A stretch of DNA of 61,526 nt, counting the filler, from Chiloscyllium plagiosum (Eukaryota), in assembly GCF_004010195.1 (NCBI RefSeq). It is 3 parts of one record of this genome, joined end to end, with 100 filler letters (N's around TTAATTAATTAA, not from the genome) between each part and the next. Parts side by side here need not be neighbours in the genome. Positions count along the whole stretch, not along the records: positions 1 to 22,281 come from NC_057712.1; 2 more parts are not named here. The stretch is one strand, 5' to 3'. The notes under the pieces are model-generated. The model did no database searches and was not told the DNA's origin. It saw nothing but the letters and a program-made list of their open reading frames with translations. Shown here one piece after another: positions 1 to 13,009 of this stretch; position 1 is the stretch's first letter, and every line of letters begins with the position of its first letter. The position numbers and the translations under genes were made by a program.

Positions 1-250
1 GCGGAGGATCGGGAAGTGGAAGAGATGCGGTGGAGGGCATCGTCGACCACGTCGGGGGGGAAATTGCGGTCCTTGAAGAAGGAAGTGGAGGGCTTTGAGT
101 CCTTCGTGATGGGGGATGGAGGTGTACAGGGACTGGCTGTCCATGGTGAAAATAAGGCGTTGGGGACCGGGGAAGCGAAAATCATGGAGCAGGTGGAGGG
201 CATGGGTGGTGTCCCGAACGTAGGTGGGGAGTTCTTGGACTAAGGGGGAG
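1..250 (-). mobile_element. Penelope-like retroelement RT fragment with internal deletion
   Basis: Minus strand translates SPLVQELPTYVRDTTHALHLLHDFRFPGPQRLIFTMDSQSLYTSIPHHEGLKALHF (PLE RT motif TMDxxSLYTxIP). It then jumps, in another frame, to FFKDRNFPPDVVDDALHRISSTSRSS (post-RT region). CpG-rich, so young. Confidence 0.85.
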
Positions 251-379
251 GCTTGACATCATGGCAATAACCATATGCAAGTTCAAATTTGGAATGGTGT
301 TAAACTGCTTTCTAACAAAAGTAAAACCTTCTTTATAAATGTCTTCTTAAAAATAATTAATAAAGATGACTTTTGTTGC

Positions 380-875
380 CTGGTATCTTGAAGTGGTTTG
401 ACTCTCCATTGAACCTTTTCTTAGGTTTATTTTGTTCTGGTCAGTGGCTAAATCGACATACCTTTATTGCCAAATTTTCAGAATTCTGCTCCCTTTTTGC
501 AATTACTTGAATTGCATCATCGTTAATATTAAATTAGTTAAAATTAGTTAAAATTAAATTAGTCTCATTATTGCCCTATTGTTTTTACACTTCACAGAGA
601 TGTGCCTTTATGATTGCCCTTTGATTGATTGTGGGTCTGTAGTCCACATCTAGTAACGTGTTTATCCCTATTTCTTTCTTCAGTTTAACCCATTTGGGCT
701 CATTTGATTTTTGTTTTGTCCATAGCATCCCCTTCCTCATAGCTATAATTGTTTCTTTAGTCAGTATTGCATCCTGCTCACTATTTGTCTGAAATCACGG
801 TGAACAGGAATGTTCAGCTATTACTCAAGATTACTCATATCTTGTTTCTAGCTGCATATATTCTTGCATTCAATC
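380..875 (-). mobile_element. Old, degenerate CR1 LINE ORF2 (endonuclease region) fragment
   Basis: Weak nucleotide resemblance to the minus-strand CR1 endonuclease regions at 11100-11760 and 33700-34350; no intact ORF. Confidence 0.45.
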
Positions 876-944
876 TGTGCTGTCAGGCTCATCTGCCTTA
901 TTTCTTATACTCATTATACTCCAGCATTACTTCCTTTTTATTGT

Positions 945-1340
945 TCACGTGATGTGGGTATTGCTGACTGGCCAACATTACTGCTTATCCTTCATGGGCC
1001 TGGAGAAGTTAGTGGTGAACTGCCTTTTGGAACCACTAGAGGTCCTGGGATACAGGTACATCCACAGCGCTGTTAGCAAGGGCGTTCTAAGATTTTGACG
1101 CAGGAACAGTGATATATTTTGAAGTCTGGATGGTGTGTGGCTTTGAGGGGAACTTGCAGATATTGATGTTCCAATGTACTTGCTGCCCTTGACCTTGTAG
1201 GTATTAGAGGTTGTGGGTTTGAAAAGTACTGTCGAAGGAGCCTGGTTGAGTTGCTAATGCTCAGTTTGGATTTACCAGGTCTACCATCTCCTGATCTCAC
1301 TACAGCCCTGATCCAAACAGCCATGGCTGTGATAGGTGAC
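945..1340 (-). mobile_element. L2/CR1-group LINE 3' fragment
   Basis: Reverse complement resembles the 3' ends at 46100-46420 and 54850-55150 (ggtggtgaactgccttttggaacca; gagggaacttgcag). Confidence 0.65.
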
Positions 1341-4139
1341 CAAAGAGGAGAAATGACACAGTTTAGGGTATATAATGGTGAAAAATACTTCATTTACATG
1401 ATCATAAAATAGTGGGTGAATCCCTGCCATTGGACTTCAGAGAAGATCATAAATCGGATATAACTCCACAAGATGTTGTGTAAAACTCTGACATGTCACT
1501 CAAAGATCCAATTGTATGGTGCCTACAAAACACAGAAGTTTAGGATGTTGATCTATAAATGCAGATGAGTGTAGCAATGGGTGTGCACAAAGTACCTCTC
1601 GTACAGCCTATATTTGGTCCTTTTTTTGTTTTAATTGAATGCAAGTACAGGGAAGGGTCTTTCGAGAAATTTAATAAATGGTTTGGAGCAAAAATGCCAC
1701 TTGGTCAATTGTTGCAATTTTACTTCAACATTGGTCAACAGAAACAACAGCTCAATAACGTTCACAAAGGGCGTGTAAGTTCTCCTTGCATCTGTTTTAG
1801 ATAGGGTTTGAAAACACTTTCACCAACAGTTCAGTCAACACTAAATGCCTACTTAATATTGTGCGGACGAAATTATAAAGGAGAAAGTTAACAGTTCTTT
1901 AAGGCCTCTGTTACAGATGCAAACCATTAAACTGATGTGTACTCTCATGCTGGAAAGAAATGCTGGCAGTGATGTGGGGATGTAAATAGGAAGAGGGTTT
2001 AGTTCCCCTCATTTGAAATGTTTTTGTACTTCAACCGAGCCAATTGGGAAATCTAAGCTGATGTGTGGTCACAAAGTACTATATCTTCCTGACTGAAATA
2101 TTGTTGTTGATAATTCTGGCAAGGCAGTCTGGATGAGTATAAAATGTGAAGTCCAGTGTTGTTCTCATGCTGACTTTTCCAAAAGGATTACCAACAAAAG
2201 GCAATTTTGGGAAAGGTTGGACAGGTTCGATTTAAGTGCATTTGCTTGTAACTACATAAAATGATCAGAAAAATTCTAACCCCGTTTATGTTTAAAATAT
2301 CAGTTGTTGCAGATGTGTTTTGTGTTGTAGCGTTTGGAGTTCCCGTTCCCTTAGTAACTATTATTTCCTTTGATTTGACATGCCAAGATTACAGTTTTTT
2401 TTAATGCCTGTTGTTGGATTTCAACATTTTTGCAAAATCACAACATGTAGCAATAAAATGGTGCAGAATTTTGCTGGAACACCAGTAAGAATATCATGGA
2501 GGAGATGATTTCACAGAATGCATGTGCTGCTTTGGCTGTTATTGCATTTGTTTTGGACAGAAGTGTAAAAGCTAACCTACTTCCAACCTGGCAGAATAGG
2601 TAGTGTTCAGTTAACATGAACTCCATAACCTCATTCTGTACTCTCTGACATTTACCATTGGGATTTATGCTTCAGAAATCAGGCATGAAAATTCAGTTCA
2701 TTTTCAGTGATATCATGTGCACCACAGCAATCTGAAACAAATTAAAACGTGTCATGAAACATTCAAAACACTGAATAATTGGCCTTTGTAAATCAGAAAG
2801 TCTGGATTATCATGTGTAGGCATATTTACTGCCAGTATTAAATCTAGCAATTATGCTAATTATGGACATTTTGCACTCTCCTTGCACATTTTTTCTAAAT
2901 TCTTTTGGAGTACCTAACATTGTTCATAGCCCGGATTATAACAATTGTTGATGCTAAATCTGTCACAAAAAAATTAAGAGATATTGGCACAAAAGTATAT
3001 GCCAGTGCTGCTATTGATTCACAGCTGAAAGGGTAAATGCCACTTTGCAGACATTACTCATGTCACATTTGTGAACTTGAAAGTGCTTTATGTTCGTGAA
3101 GTGCTTACTGTGGTTGTTGGAATGGGACATCATGAACAGGTTAAAGCAAGTAAATTGAGTATGAAAAAGGAGAGAGTGAATACTTCACAAAGAATATAAT
3201 CACAAAACCAATTGTTCCTTGGCTTGGAGTAGGCGCCAACACTCATGGTTTTGGCTAAACCAGGGACATCTCTGCAAACATCTGCTAATCACTACCAGTC
3301 AAAGTGATTTATGAGTCTTCTTTGCAAATCACCCACACAATTTACTGTCTTGCTACAAACTCCTTTCAAACACCACTTGTTGCATAACCTTTTCTTAACT
3401 CTGAATTAAGCATTAATTCAACTTTTAAGCATTAAATTCCCACCTTTTTGACATGGTATTTACATTGATTATTTCAAATGATTAGGTAATTCAGAATTTT
3501 AGAGTGCCACTCAGGATGAATTATCTGACACAGAAGGTAATTCTGACGAGTGGATATTTATCAAAGCTCATTCCAGGGACCGTACAGAAAGAATGCGAAT
3601 TGAGGCTTATAGATGGAACAGTGTCACCCAGGGACACCATATTTTTGTGCAATCTCATCGGACTGAAACACTTGACACCACTTTAAACACCATGCTCACT
3701 GGATAACGTTTCATTTGTCCAAAGGGCTACAAATCAAACTGGGCTGCATTTTGAAGAGTAGGTTGTTTGAATGATGTTCTGAGTATCTATTAATCCTTCA
3801 AGCGAAGATTTGTTTATCACATCAGCAAAACCAACAAACGGACTTGAATGGGTTCCAACCCCTCTATCAGCAAAACCAAGAAGCACACTCAGATTGTATG
3901 TCGGCACCCAGATCGGTTGAAGTAACAGTTAAGTCAGGATTGAAAATAACCTTATTGTAATGAAATGTGTCTGCATTGTGCACTAGCTCAGTGCTTTAAG
4001 AACTCTGATATATCATGCACACCCTTGATGGAATTTTTTAAACTATGACAAAATCATTCTTCAGACATGTAAAATGGGGGGGGGTTCTGCCTTTTTTGGA
4101 GCTAACCGTTCATGGTAAGGGCATATATGGGAATGTAAG

Positions 4140-4462
4140 AGTCAGGATCTACTTCACAACCACAGGACGCCCTCAAAACAATTCACAGCCAAAGATGTGC
4201 ATTTGAAGTGTGGTCACTGTTGTAGGAAATGCAGCAGATAATTTGCAAAGGATTGTACCAGACAATCAGTTTTTGTGCTGTGATTGTGGGATAAATATTG
4301 GACATCAATGATAACCCATCTATTCTATCAACTAGCACTGCGAGAGGTAAAATATCTCATCCGACAGTCCAGGATTCCTTCAACATTATCTGAAAGTGTC
4401 AGGCCTTCAGCACTCAAGTGTTCTCGTGAAACTCTGAAACAACTGAACCACTGTTGACACAC
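4140..4462 (-). mobile_element. DeuSINE (SacSINE1/AmnSINE1-like) degenerate copy
   Basis: Contains ttgaagtgtggtcactgttgtaggaaatgcagcag, gggataaatattgga and tctcatccgacag, ending ctgaaccactgttgacac; typical of minus-strand Deu-domain SINEs. Recognised from memory. Confidence 0.6.
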
Positions 4463-4472
4463 TTGTGTAGTT

Positions 4473-4590
4473 AGAGCATAGAAAATAGAACATTACAGCG
4501 CAGTACAGGCCCTTCGGCCCTCGATGTTGCGCTGACCTGTGGAACCAATCTGAAGCCCATCTAACCTACACTATTGCATTCTCAACCATT
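4473..4590 (-). mobile_element. CR1 LINE 3' end (host element, continues at 9043)
   Basis: (atagaac)-type tail followed by cagtacaggcccttcggccc; the 3' UTR resumes at ~9043 (tatccaatgaccatttaaatgcc) after the nested CR1. Confidence 0.8.
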
Positions 4591-4879
4591 TCTGTTTTTC
4601 AGCGGCAGCAGCAACTCAAAGGGTTGCACCAGAGGCCTGCTGGGAGCGGTGAGTCACTGATTTGTGCTTTTAAATTTAAAGTCAGAGAGCAGAGGTTTCT
4701 GGGAAAGGAGGGACTTCTTATTTTTATTTCCGTCCTGCTATATGTCAGTATCTTCTCAATCCGAGACCCCACGCTTGTAGGGCCTCCCACCCAACCACCT
4801 CCTCTAACTTTAAAGACCAGGGACATATCAAGTAAGCGTCTCTTTCTTTTATTACTTTGTGATAAGGGGACCAGCAGGG

Positions 4880-5806
4880 ATGGCAGTGCAGGGAAAGCAA
4901 TTTTCCTCCTGCATGATGTTTGAGGTGAGGGACGCCATTAGTGTCCCATCCAAGTACATCTGCAGGAAGTGCACCCAACTCTCGCTCCTCCAAGACCATG
5001 TTAGGGAACTGGAGCGGGAGCTGGATGAACTTCGGATCATTTGGGAGGCAGAGGCTGTGATAGATAAGAGTTACAGGGAAATAGTTACTCCTAGGCACGA
5101 TGAAAGCTGGGTGACTGTTCGAAGGGGGAAAAATCGTCAGTGGAGAGATCCCCTGTGATCGTTCCCCTGAAAAACATGTAAACTGTTTTGGATACTGTTG
5201 AGGGGGACGACTTACCAGAGGTATGCAGTGGAGCCTAAGTCTCTGACACAGAACCTGTCCCTGTTGCACAGAAGGGAAGGAGGAGAGTGTTAGTCATTGG
5301 GGACTCAATAGTTAGAGGCTCAGATAGAAGGTTTGTAGGGAACGAGTGAGACTCGTGGTTGGTGTGTTGCCTCCCAAGTGCCAGGGTCCGTGATGTCTCG
5401 GATCGTGTCTCTGGGGTCCTGAAGGGAGATGGTGACCAGCCTCAAGTCGTTGTCCATGTAGGTACCAATGACATAGGTAGAAAGAGGGATAGGGATGTAA
5501 GGCAGGATTTCAGGGAGCTGGGGTGGAAGCTGGGAGCGAGGGTGGAAGCTGAGAGCTAGAACAACCAGAGTTGTTATTTCTGGATTGTTACCCGTGCCAC
5601 ATGATAGTGAGGCAAGGAATAGGGAGAGATATCAGCTGAACACCTGGCTGCAAGGATGGTGCCGGAGGGAGGGTTTCAGGTTCTTGGATAATTGGGGCTC
5701 ATTCTGGGGAAGGTGGAACTTGTACAAACAGGACAGTCTTCACTTGAACCAGAGGGGTACTAATATCCTGGGGGGATATTTGCTGGTGCTATTCAGGTGG
5801 GTTTAA
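4880..5806 (+). pseudogene. CR1 ORF1 (zinc finger, coiled coil, SGNH esterase), disrupted
   Basis: ORF track pieces 4859-5158, 5359-5559 and 5585-5806 align in order with the better preserved ORF1 at 60700-61526. Confidence 0.9.
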
Positions 5807-5929
5807 ATCTCCCAGCAGGGGGATGGGAACCGGAGGTGTAGCTGTAGTGCACAGGAGGATGAGAGTAGGAAGGACAGGGACAGGATTTCAGGGTCACAGG
5901 AATATGCTGGCAGACAGTGAAGTGGTTTG

Positions 5930-8900
5930 AAGTGTTTCTACTTCAATGCCAGGAGTATCCAAAATGAGATAGGTGAGCTTGCAGCATGGATAGGGACCTG
6001 GGACTTCGATGTTGTGGCCATTTGGAGACATGGATAGAGCAGGGTGAAGAATGGATGTTGCAGGTTCCAGAGTTTAGATCTTTCATTAAGAACAGGCAAG
6101 ACAGTAAAAGAGGGGGAAGCGTGGCCTTGTTTGTCAAGGATAGTATAACGGTGACTGAGAGAACTTTTGATGAGGACTTTTCTACTGAGGTACTGTGGGC
6201 TGAGGTTAGAAACAGGAGAGGAGAAGTCACACGGCTTGGAATTTTTATAGGCCTTTGCAGAGTTCCAGGGAGGCGGAAGAGAGGATTAGTAAAATTATTC
6301 TGGGTAGGAGTGGTCATTATGGGGGACTTTAACTTCCCCAACATTGACTGGAAATGCTATAACTCTAGTATATCGGATGGATCAGTTTTTGTCCTATGTG
6401 TACAGGAGGGTTTCCTGACACAGTATGTCAAAGGGCCAACAAGAGGAGAGGCCACACTGGATCTGGTGCTTGGTAATGAATCAGGCCAGGTGTTTGATTT
6501 AGTTGTAGTTGAGCACTTTGGAGAAAGTGACCATAATTCAGTTACATTCAGTTTAGCAATGGAAAGGGATCGGTCCATGCCACAGGTCAAGATGGGGCAA
6601 GGGCAATTATAATGTGATTAGGCAGGAATTAGGATGCACAGAATGGGGTAGCAAAATGCAGGGGATGCAGACAATGGAAATGTGGAGCTGGTTTAACGAA
6701 CAGATATTGCAAGTCCTTGATAAGTATGTCCCTGTCAGGCAGGGAGGAAGTGATAAGGTAAGGGAATTGTGGTTTACTACAGAAATTGCATCTCATGTTA
6801 CAAAGAAGGTGGAGGCCTATGTGTTGATGACGCAAGATGTTTCAGATGAGAGAGTAACAGATCAGCTAGGAAGGATTTAAAGAGAGAGTTAAGAAGAGCA
6901 AAGAGAGGACATGAGCAGTCTTTAGCAAATAGAATAAAGGAGAACCCTAAAACTTTCTATTGGTATGTGAGGAATAAAAGGGTGATTAGGGTAGGAATAG
7001 GGCCAGTCAAAGACAGAAGTGGGAAGTTGAGTGTGGACCCTGTGGAGGTCGGAGAGGTGCTAAATGAACATTCCTCATCGGTGTTCACTCAGGAAAAGGA
7101 GACTATTGTAGAGGAGAAGAATGAGGTACGAGATATTGGACTTGAAAGGATTGAGATTAGTTACAAACAGGTGTTATCAATTCTAGAAGGCATTAAAGTT
7201 GACAAGTCCCCTGAGCCGGATGGAATTTAGCCTAGGATTCTCTGGGAAACTAAGGAGGAGATAGCAGAACCTTTGGCTTTGATATTTGAGTCGTCATTGT
7301 CTACAGATTTAGTACCAGAGGACTGCAAATGTTGTTCAAGAAGGGCAGTAGAGATGACCCAGTAATTATAGACCAGTGAGCCTTACTTCTGTTGTACGTT
7401 AGATTACTTACAGTGTGGAAACAGGCCCTTCGGTCCAACAAGTCCACATCGACCCCCCGAAGCGCACCCACCTAGAACCATTCCCCTACACCTAACACTA
7501 CGGGCAATTTAGCATGGCCAATTCACCTGACCTGCACATCTTTGGACTGTGGGTGGAAACCGGAGCACCCGGAGGAAACCCACGCAGACACGGGGAGAAT
7601 GTGCAAACTCCACACAGTCAGTCGCCTGAGACGGGAATTGAACCCGGGTCTCTGGCACTGTGAGGCAGCAATGCTAAACTGTGCCACTGTGCCGCTCATT
7701 GGCTGTAGGAAAGGTTTTGGAAAGAGTTATAAGAGATAAGATTTATAATCATCGAGCAAACAACAATTTGATTTCAGATAGTCAACATGGTTTTGTCAAA
7801 GGCATGTCGTGTCTCACAAACCTCATTGAACTTTTTAAGAAGGTGACCAAGCATGTAGATGAGGGTAGGGCAATTGATGTGGTATATATGGACTTCAGTA
7901 AAGCCTTTGATAAGTTTCACATGGTCGGCTGTTGGAGAAAATGCAGAGGCATGGGACTGAGGATGAATTAGCAGTTTGGATTAGAAATGGCTTTCTGAAA
8001 GAAGGCAGCGAGTGGTGGTTGATAGAAAATATTCAGTTGGGAGTCTGGTGACTAGTGGTGTGCCACAAGGATCTGTTTTGGGACCACTGCTGTTTGTCAT
8101 TTTTCTAAATTACTTAGACGCAGGCATAGGTGAATGGATTACTAAATTTGCAGACGACACTAAAGTCGGTCGAGTAGTGGACAGTTTGGAAGAATGTTAC
8201 AGGTTGGAAGGGGACTTGGATAAACTGCAGAATTGGGCTGAGAGATGACAAATGGAGTTCAATGCAGCCAAATGTGAGGTGATTTACTTTGGGAAGAATA
8301 ACAGGAAGGCAGAGTTCTGGGTCAATGGAAAGATTCTTGGTCGTGTGGATCCGCAGATGGATCTTGGAGTCCATGTATATAGATCCCTGAAAGTTGCCAC
8401 CCAGGAGGATAGTGCTGTTAAAAACGCATATAGTGTGTTAGGTTTCATTTGTAGAGGGATTGAGTTCCGGAGCCGCAATATCATGCTGCAACTGTACAAA
8501 ACGCTGGTGTGGCCACACTTGGAATATTGTGTACAGTTCTGGTCCCCATATTTCGGGAAGGATGTGGAAGCATTGGAAAAGGTGCAGAGGAGATTTACCA
8601 GGATGTTGCCTGGTCTGGAGGGAAGGTCTTATGAGGAAAGGCTGAGAGACTTGGGTCTGTTCTCATTGGAAGGAAGAAGGCTAAAGGGGAATTTGATAGA
8701 GACATACAAGATGATCATAGGATTAGACAGGGTAGACAGTGAAAATCTTTTTCCTAGGATGATGACGTCAGCTTGTACGAGAGGGCATAACTACAAATTG
8801 AGGGGTGATAGATTTAAGACTGATGTCAGAGGCAGGTTCTTTACACAGAGAGTGGTAAGGACATGGAATGTCCTACCCGCTAATGTAGTCAACTCAGCCA

Positions 8901-8959
8901 CATTAGGGAGATTTAAACAGTCCTTAGATAAGCACATGGATGATTTTGGGATAGTATAG
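5930..8959 (+). pseudogene. CR1 ORF2 (AP endonuclease plus reverse transcriptase), disrupted and interrupted by an HE1 SINE
   Basis: ORF pieces 5986-6612, 6614-6880, 6967-7230, 7681-7971, 8012-8248 and 8252-8959 carry EN and RT motifs in the expected order. Confidence 0.92.
7399..7695 (-). mobile_element. HE1 SINE (tRNA-derived V-SINE)
   Basis: tRNA-like head with B box (gggaattgaacccggg on plus), V-domain core ggaaaccggagcacccggaggaaacccacgcagacacggggagaatgtgcaaactccacac, ttaga tail. It splits the RT motif SLTSVV|GKVLE. Confidence 0.92.
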
Positions 8960-9042
8960 GGGAACGAGCTGAGAATAGTTCACAGGTCAGTGCAACATCG
9001 AGTGCCGAAGAGCCTTTTCTGCGCTGTATTGTTCTATGTTCT

Positions 9043-11763
9043 GTATATTATCCAATGACCATTTAAATGCCCTTAAAATTAGTGAGTCTATTACTGTTAC
9101 AGTCAGGCCATTTCACACCCTTACTACTCTCTGAGTAAAGAAACTATGTCTGACATCTGTCCTTTATCTATCATCCCTCAATTTAAAACTAGATCCCCTC
9201 ATGCTGGCTATCACCACCCAAGATAAAAGGCTCCCACCGTCCACCATGTCGAACCCTCTGATTATCTTATATGTCTCAATTAAGTCACTTCTACACCTTC
9301 TCTCTGACAAAAACAGCCTCAAGTCCCTCAGCATTTCCTTGTAAGATCTTCCCTCCATACCAGGCAATATCCTAGTAAATCTCCTCTGAACCCTTTCCAA
9401 AGCTTCCACATCCTTCCTATAATGCGATGACCAGAACTGTACGCAATACTCCAAATGTGGCTGTACCAGACTTTTGTACAGTTGCAGCATGACCTCATGG
9501 CTCCGCAACTCAATCCCTCTACCAATAAAAACAAACACACTTCTTAACACACTTCTTAACAATCTTATCAACTTGGGTGGCAACTTTCAGAGATCTTTGT
9601 ACATAGACACCGAGATCTCTCTGTTCATCTACACTACCAAGAATCTTACCATTAGTCCAGTACCCTGCATTCCTGCCAATCCTTCCAAAGTGAACCACCT
9701 CACACTTTTCCACATTAAACTCCATTTGTCATCTCTCAGCCCAGCTCTGCAGCTTATTTATGTCCCTCTGTAATCTGCAACATCCTTTGGCACTATCCAC
9801 AACTCCACCAACCTTAGTCTCATCCGCAAATTTACTAACCTACCCTTCTACGCCCTCATCCAGGTCATTCATAAAAATGACAAACAGCATTGGCCCCAAA
9901 ACAGATTCTTGTGGTACACCACAAATAACTAAACACCAGAATGAACATTTCCCATCAACCACCACCCTCTGCCTTCTTTCAGCTAGCCAATTTCTGATCC
10001 AAACTGCTAAATCACCATTAATCACATTGCTCCATATTTTCTGCAATAGCCTACTATGGGGAATCTTACCAAACACCAAACATCTTACCAACCTTACTGA
10101 AATCCAGATACACCACATCAACCACTTCACCCTTATCCACCTTTTGGTCACCTTCTCAAAGAACTCAATAAGGTTTTTGAGGCACAACCTACCCTTCACA
10201 AAACCGTGTTGACTATCCCTAATCAATTTATTCTTTTCTAGATGATTATACATCCTATCTGTTTTAACTTTTTCCAACACTTTACCCGTAACCCAAGTAA
10301 GACCCAAGTAAGGGTTGTCTCTACTCCCCTTCTTGAACAAGGGAACAACATTTGCTATCCTCCAGTCTTCCAGCACTATTTCTGTAAACAATGATGACAT
10401 AAAGATCAAAGCCAAAGGCTCTGCAGTCTCTTCTCTGGCTTCCCAGAGAATCCTAGGATAAATCCCATCCAGCCCAGGGGACTTATCTATTTTCACACTT
10501 TCCAAAATTGCTAACACCTCCTCTTTGTGAACCCCAATTCCATCTAATCTAGTAGCCTGTCTCTCAGTATTCTCCTCAACAACATTGTCTTTTTCCAGTG
10601 TGAATACTGACCAGAAGTATTCATTTAGCGAATCCCCTATCTCCTTGGACTCCACGCACAACTTCCCACTACTATGCTTGTTTGGCCCTAACCTTAATCT
10701 TTTATTCTTGATATATGCTTAGAAAGCTTAAGGGTTTTCCTTGATCTTATCCGCCAACGACATCTCATGTCCCCTCCTGGGTCTTCTTAGCTCTCTCTTT
10801 AGATCTTTCCTGGCTAACTTGTAACTCTCAAGCACCCTAACTGACCCTTCATGTCTCAACCTAACATATGCCTTCTTCTTCCTCTTGACAAGAGCTTCAA
10901 CTTCTTTAGTAAAACATGGCTCCTTCGCTCAACCACTTCCTCCCTGCCTGACAGGTCCATACTTCTCAACAACATGCAGTAGCTGTTCCTTGAATAAGCT
11001 TCACATTTCAATTGTGCCCATCCCCTGCAGTTTCCTTCCCCATCCTATGCATCCTAAATATTGTCTCATTGCATCACAATTGCCTTTCCCCCAGCTTTAA
11101 CTCTTGCCCTGTGGTATATACATATCCCTTTGCATTGCTAAATTAAACATAACCAAATTGTGGCCACTATCACCAAAGTGCTCACCTACCTCCAAATCTA
11201 TCACCTGGCCGGGTTCATTATCCAGTACCAAATCTGACGTGTCCCCCCTCCTTGTTGGCCAGTCTACATATTGTGTCAGGAAACCCTCCTGCACACATTG
11301 GACAAAAACTGACCCATCTAAAGTACTTGAACTATAGTATTCCCAGTCAATGTTTGGAAAATTAAAGCCCCTACAACAACTACCCTGTTACTCTTACTCC
11401 TATCCATAATTATCTTTGCTATCCTTTCCTCTACATCTCTGGAACTATTCAGAGGCTGATAGAAAATTCCCAACAGGGTGACCTCTCCTTTTCTGTTTCT
11501 CACCTCAGCCCATACTACCTCAGTAGACGAGTCCTCAACATCCTTTCTGCAACCATAATACTGTCCTTGATTACCAATGCCACACCCTCTTTTACCGACT
11601 TCTCTGTTCTTACTGAAACAACTAAATCCCGGACCCTGCAACAACCATTCTTGTCCCTGCTCTATCCATGTCTCCAAAATGGCCACAACATCAAAGTCCC
11701 AGGAACCAACCTATGCTTCACACAGGTGAACCTAGTCCACCCACCTTATTCTGGATGCTCCTG
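9043..11763 (-). mobile_element. CR1 LINE ORF2 (EN+RT), 5'-truncated at the start of ORF2
   Basis: Minus-strand ORFs 9164-9583, 9519-9725, 9840-10661, 11097-11294 and 11318-11686 carry HLEYCVQFWS, DKSPGLDGIYPRIL, QHGFVKGR, GVPQESVLGP and ETWIEQGQEW. Confidence 0.93.
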
Positions 11764-12209
11764 ATGGGAAGGTAAATTTAAAGTACGGGCAGAGCACAGC
11801 GCTGAGCAGGAGCGGACATGGGTCTGCTGGGTAAGTGAGGTTATATATTTGGGTGTTTGCTTTACCTGAAATGATGTAACTGAGTCAGCTGTCTGAAGCA
11901 CCCACTCCAACATGGATGCTAGTCCCCTCTTCAAAAGGCTTTACAGTGTCTCCAACTATTGGTTTTATAAGGAAGCACACTGTCAATTCATTTCATTTTT
12001 TAAAAATTGTTGACTTGTTTCTATGGTGTTCATACCACCATAGTGGCCCATGGCCCTAACTGGGCCTCATTTTCACCATTCAGCAGGTCAGTGCACCTGA
12101 GGAAGTGTTTATCCATGAATCGGATACCAGCTCCCTGGTCCACACTATGTTAACGTTTGGGTCCAGTGATCCTTGCTCAGAATCTTGGATTCAATTTGCC
12201 AAATTGTGT

Positions 12210-12445
12210 TGGATGACTTGGGCTCTTAGATTTTTAATCAGTCAACCACATTGTCAAAAGTTTTAGTGAAGTTCATATATACTACATCATCTAGTCAGCT
12301 CCTTGAGAAAAAAATCAACCAATATGTTAGAAATCCTCCCGCCTAACCAAGCCATGCTGTCTATCCTTGATTCATCCTCACCTTTCCAAGTGGAGATTAA
12401 TTCTGTCTCTCAGAAACTTTTCCAATAATTTCCCAGGTACTGGAA
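12210..12445 (-). mobile_element. Old CR1 RT fragment
   Basis: Resembles the minus-strand RT region 10050-10300 (aagccatgctgtctatcc; ttttccaataatttccc). Confidence 0.55.
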
Positions 12446-13009
12446 GGCCCAAAGTTATTCTGAACTAAGTGGGGACATGTGTGTTTTTTACTGCTTGGCT
12501 ATCCCAGGCTGGATGTCTTCCACAAACTCTAAACAAAACATAAATTCACTTCGTGTCAATTGTAGTCAATTGTGGCTGAGAATGATTCACTTCTAGGGAG
12601 GGATGGGATTTGGTCAGGTGCTTTTCCCATCGATAGAATTCAATGTGCCCTCAATGGTTCTTTTAAAAACAACAAAGCGTTTTTTTTTTCTTTTGCAATC
12701 ACAGTTGTTAAAGGACTGTAGGCCACAAACTCAAATTGGACCATTAATTGGTTCCATTATCTTCTGTCAACCCTCAGTTACTCTTGAGAAGGTGGAGGTG
12801 AAACTTTTCTTCAACCTCAGCAGCCTACGTTGTCTAGATGCTTCAACAGTGCTGTTAGCGAGGCAACAGCAGTGATGGACAAATGATAATGTTAAAAATC
12901 GCACAACATCGGGTTACTGTCCTACAAATTTATTGTTCACCCCAGCCCAACACCAGCTTCTCCAAATCATGAACAAATGACAGATTTTGCTAACTAGTCT
13001 CCAATGTTG

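Larger units (their letters stand above)
4600..9045 (+). mobile_element. Near full-length CR1 LINE (5'UTR, ORF1, ORF2, 3' tail), pseudogenised
   Basis: ORF1 from ATG 4880: zinc finger (SSC...CRKC), coiled coil ELERELDELR, SGNH esterase motifs (IGDS, HVGTND, DSLHLN). ORF2: APE motifs (MGDFNFPNIDW, LDLVL, SDHN) and RT motifs (QHGF, YMDFSKAFD, GVPQGSVLGP, FADD, HLEYCVQFWSP). 3' (gttctat) tail at ~9026-9045. Multiple stops and frameshifts. Confidence 0.95.

Noticed and set aside
16..243. 75-aa plus-strand ORF
   Set aside because: Antisense shadow of the Penelope RT frame.
525..562. Short tandem aaattagtta repeats (also small duplications at ~9535-9560, 10064-10090 and 33420-33455)
   Set aside because: Ordinary slippage duplications inside decayed LINEs.
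3503..3540. Micro-exon ag|agtgccactcaggatgaattatctgacacagaag|gtaatt (SATQDELSDTE)
   Set aside because: Weak polypyrimidine tract, unrecognised peptide, and no partner exons identified.
7620..7695. tRNA gene (A/B boxes), also at ~24040-24120 and ~45090-45169
   Set aside because: These are tRNA-derived heads of HE1 SINEs, contiguous with the V-domain.
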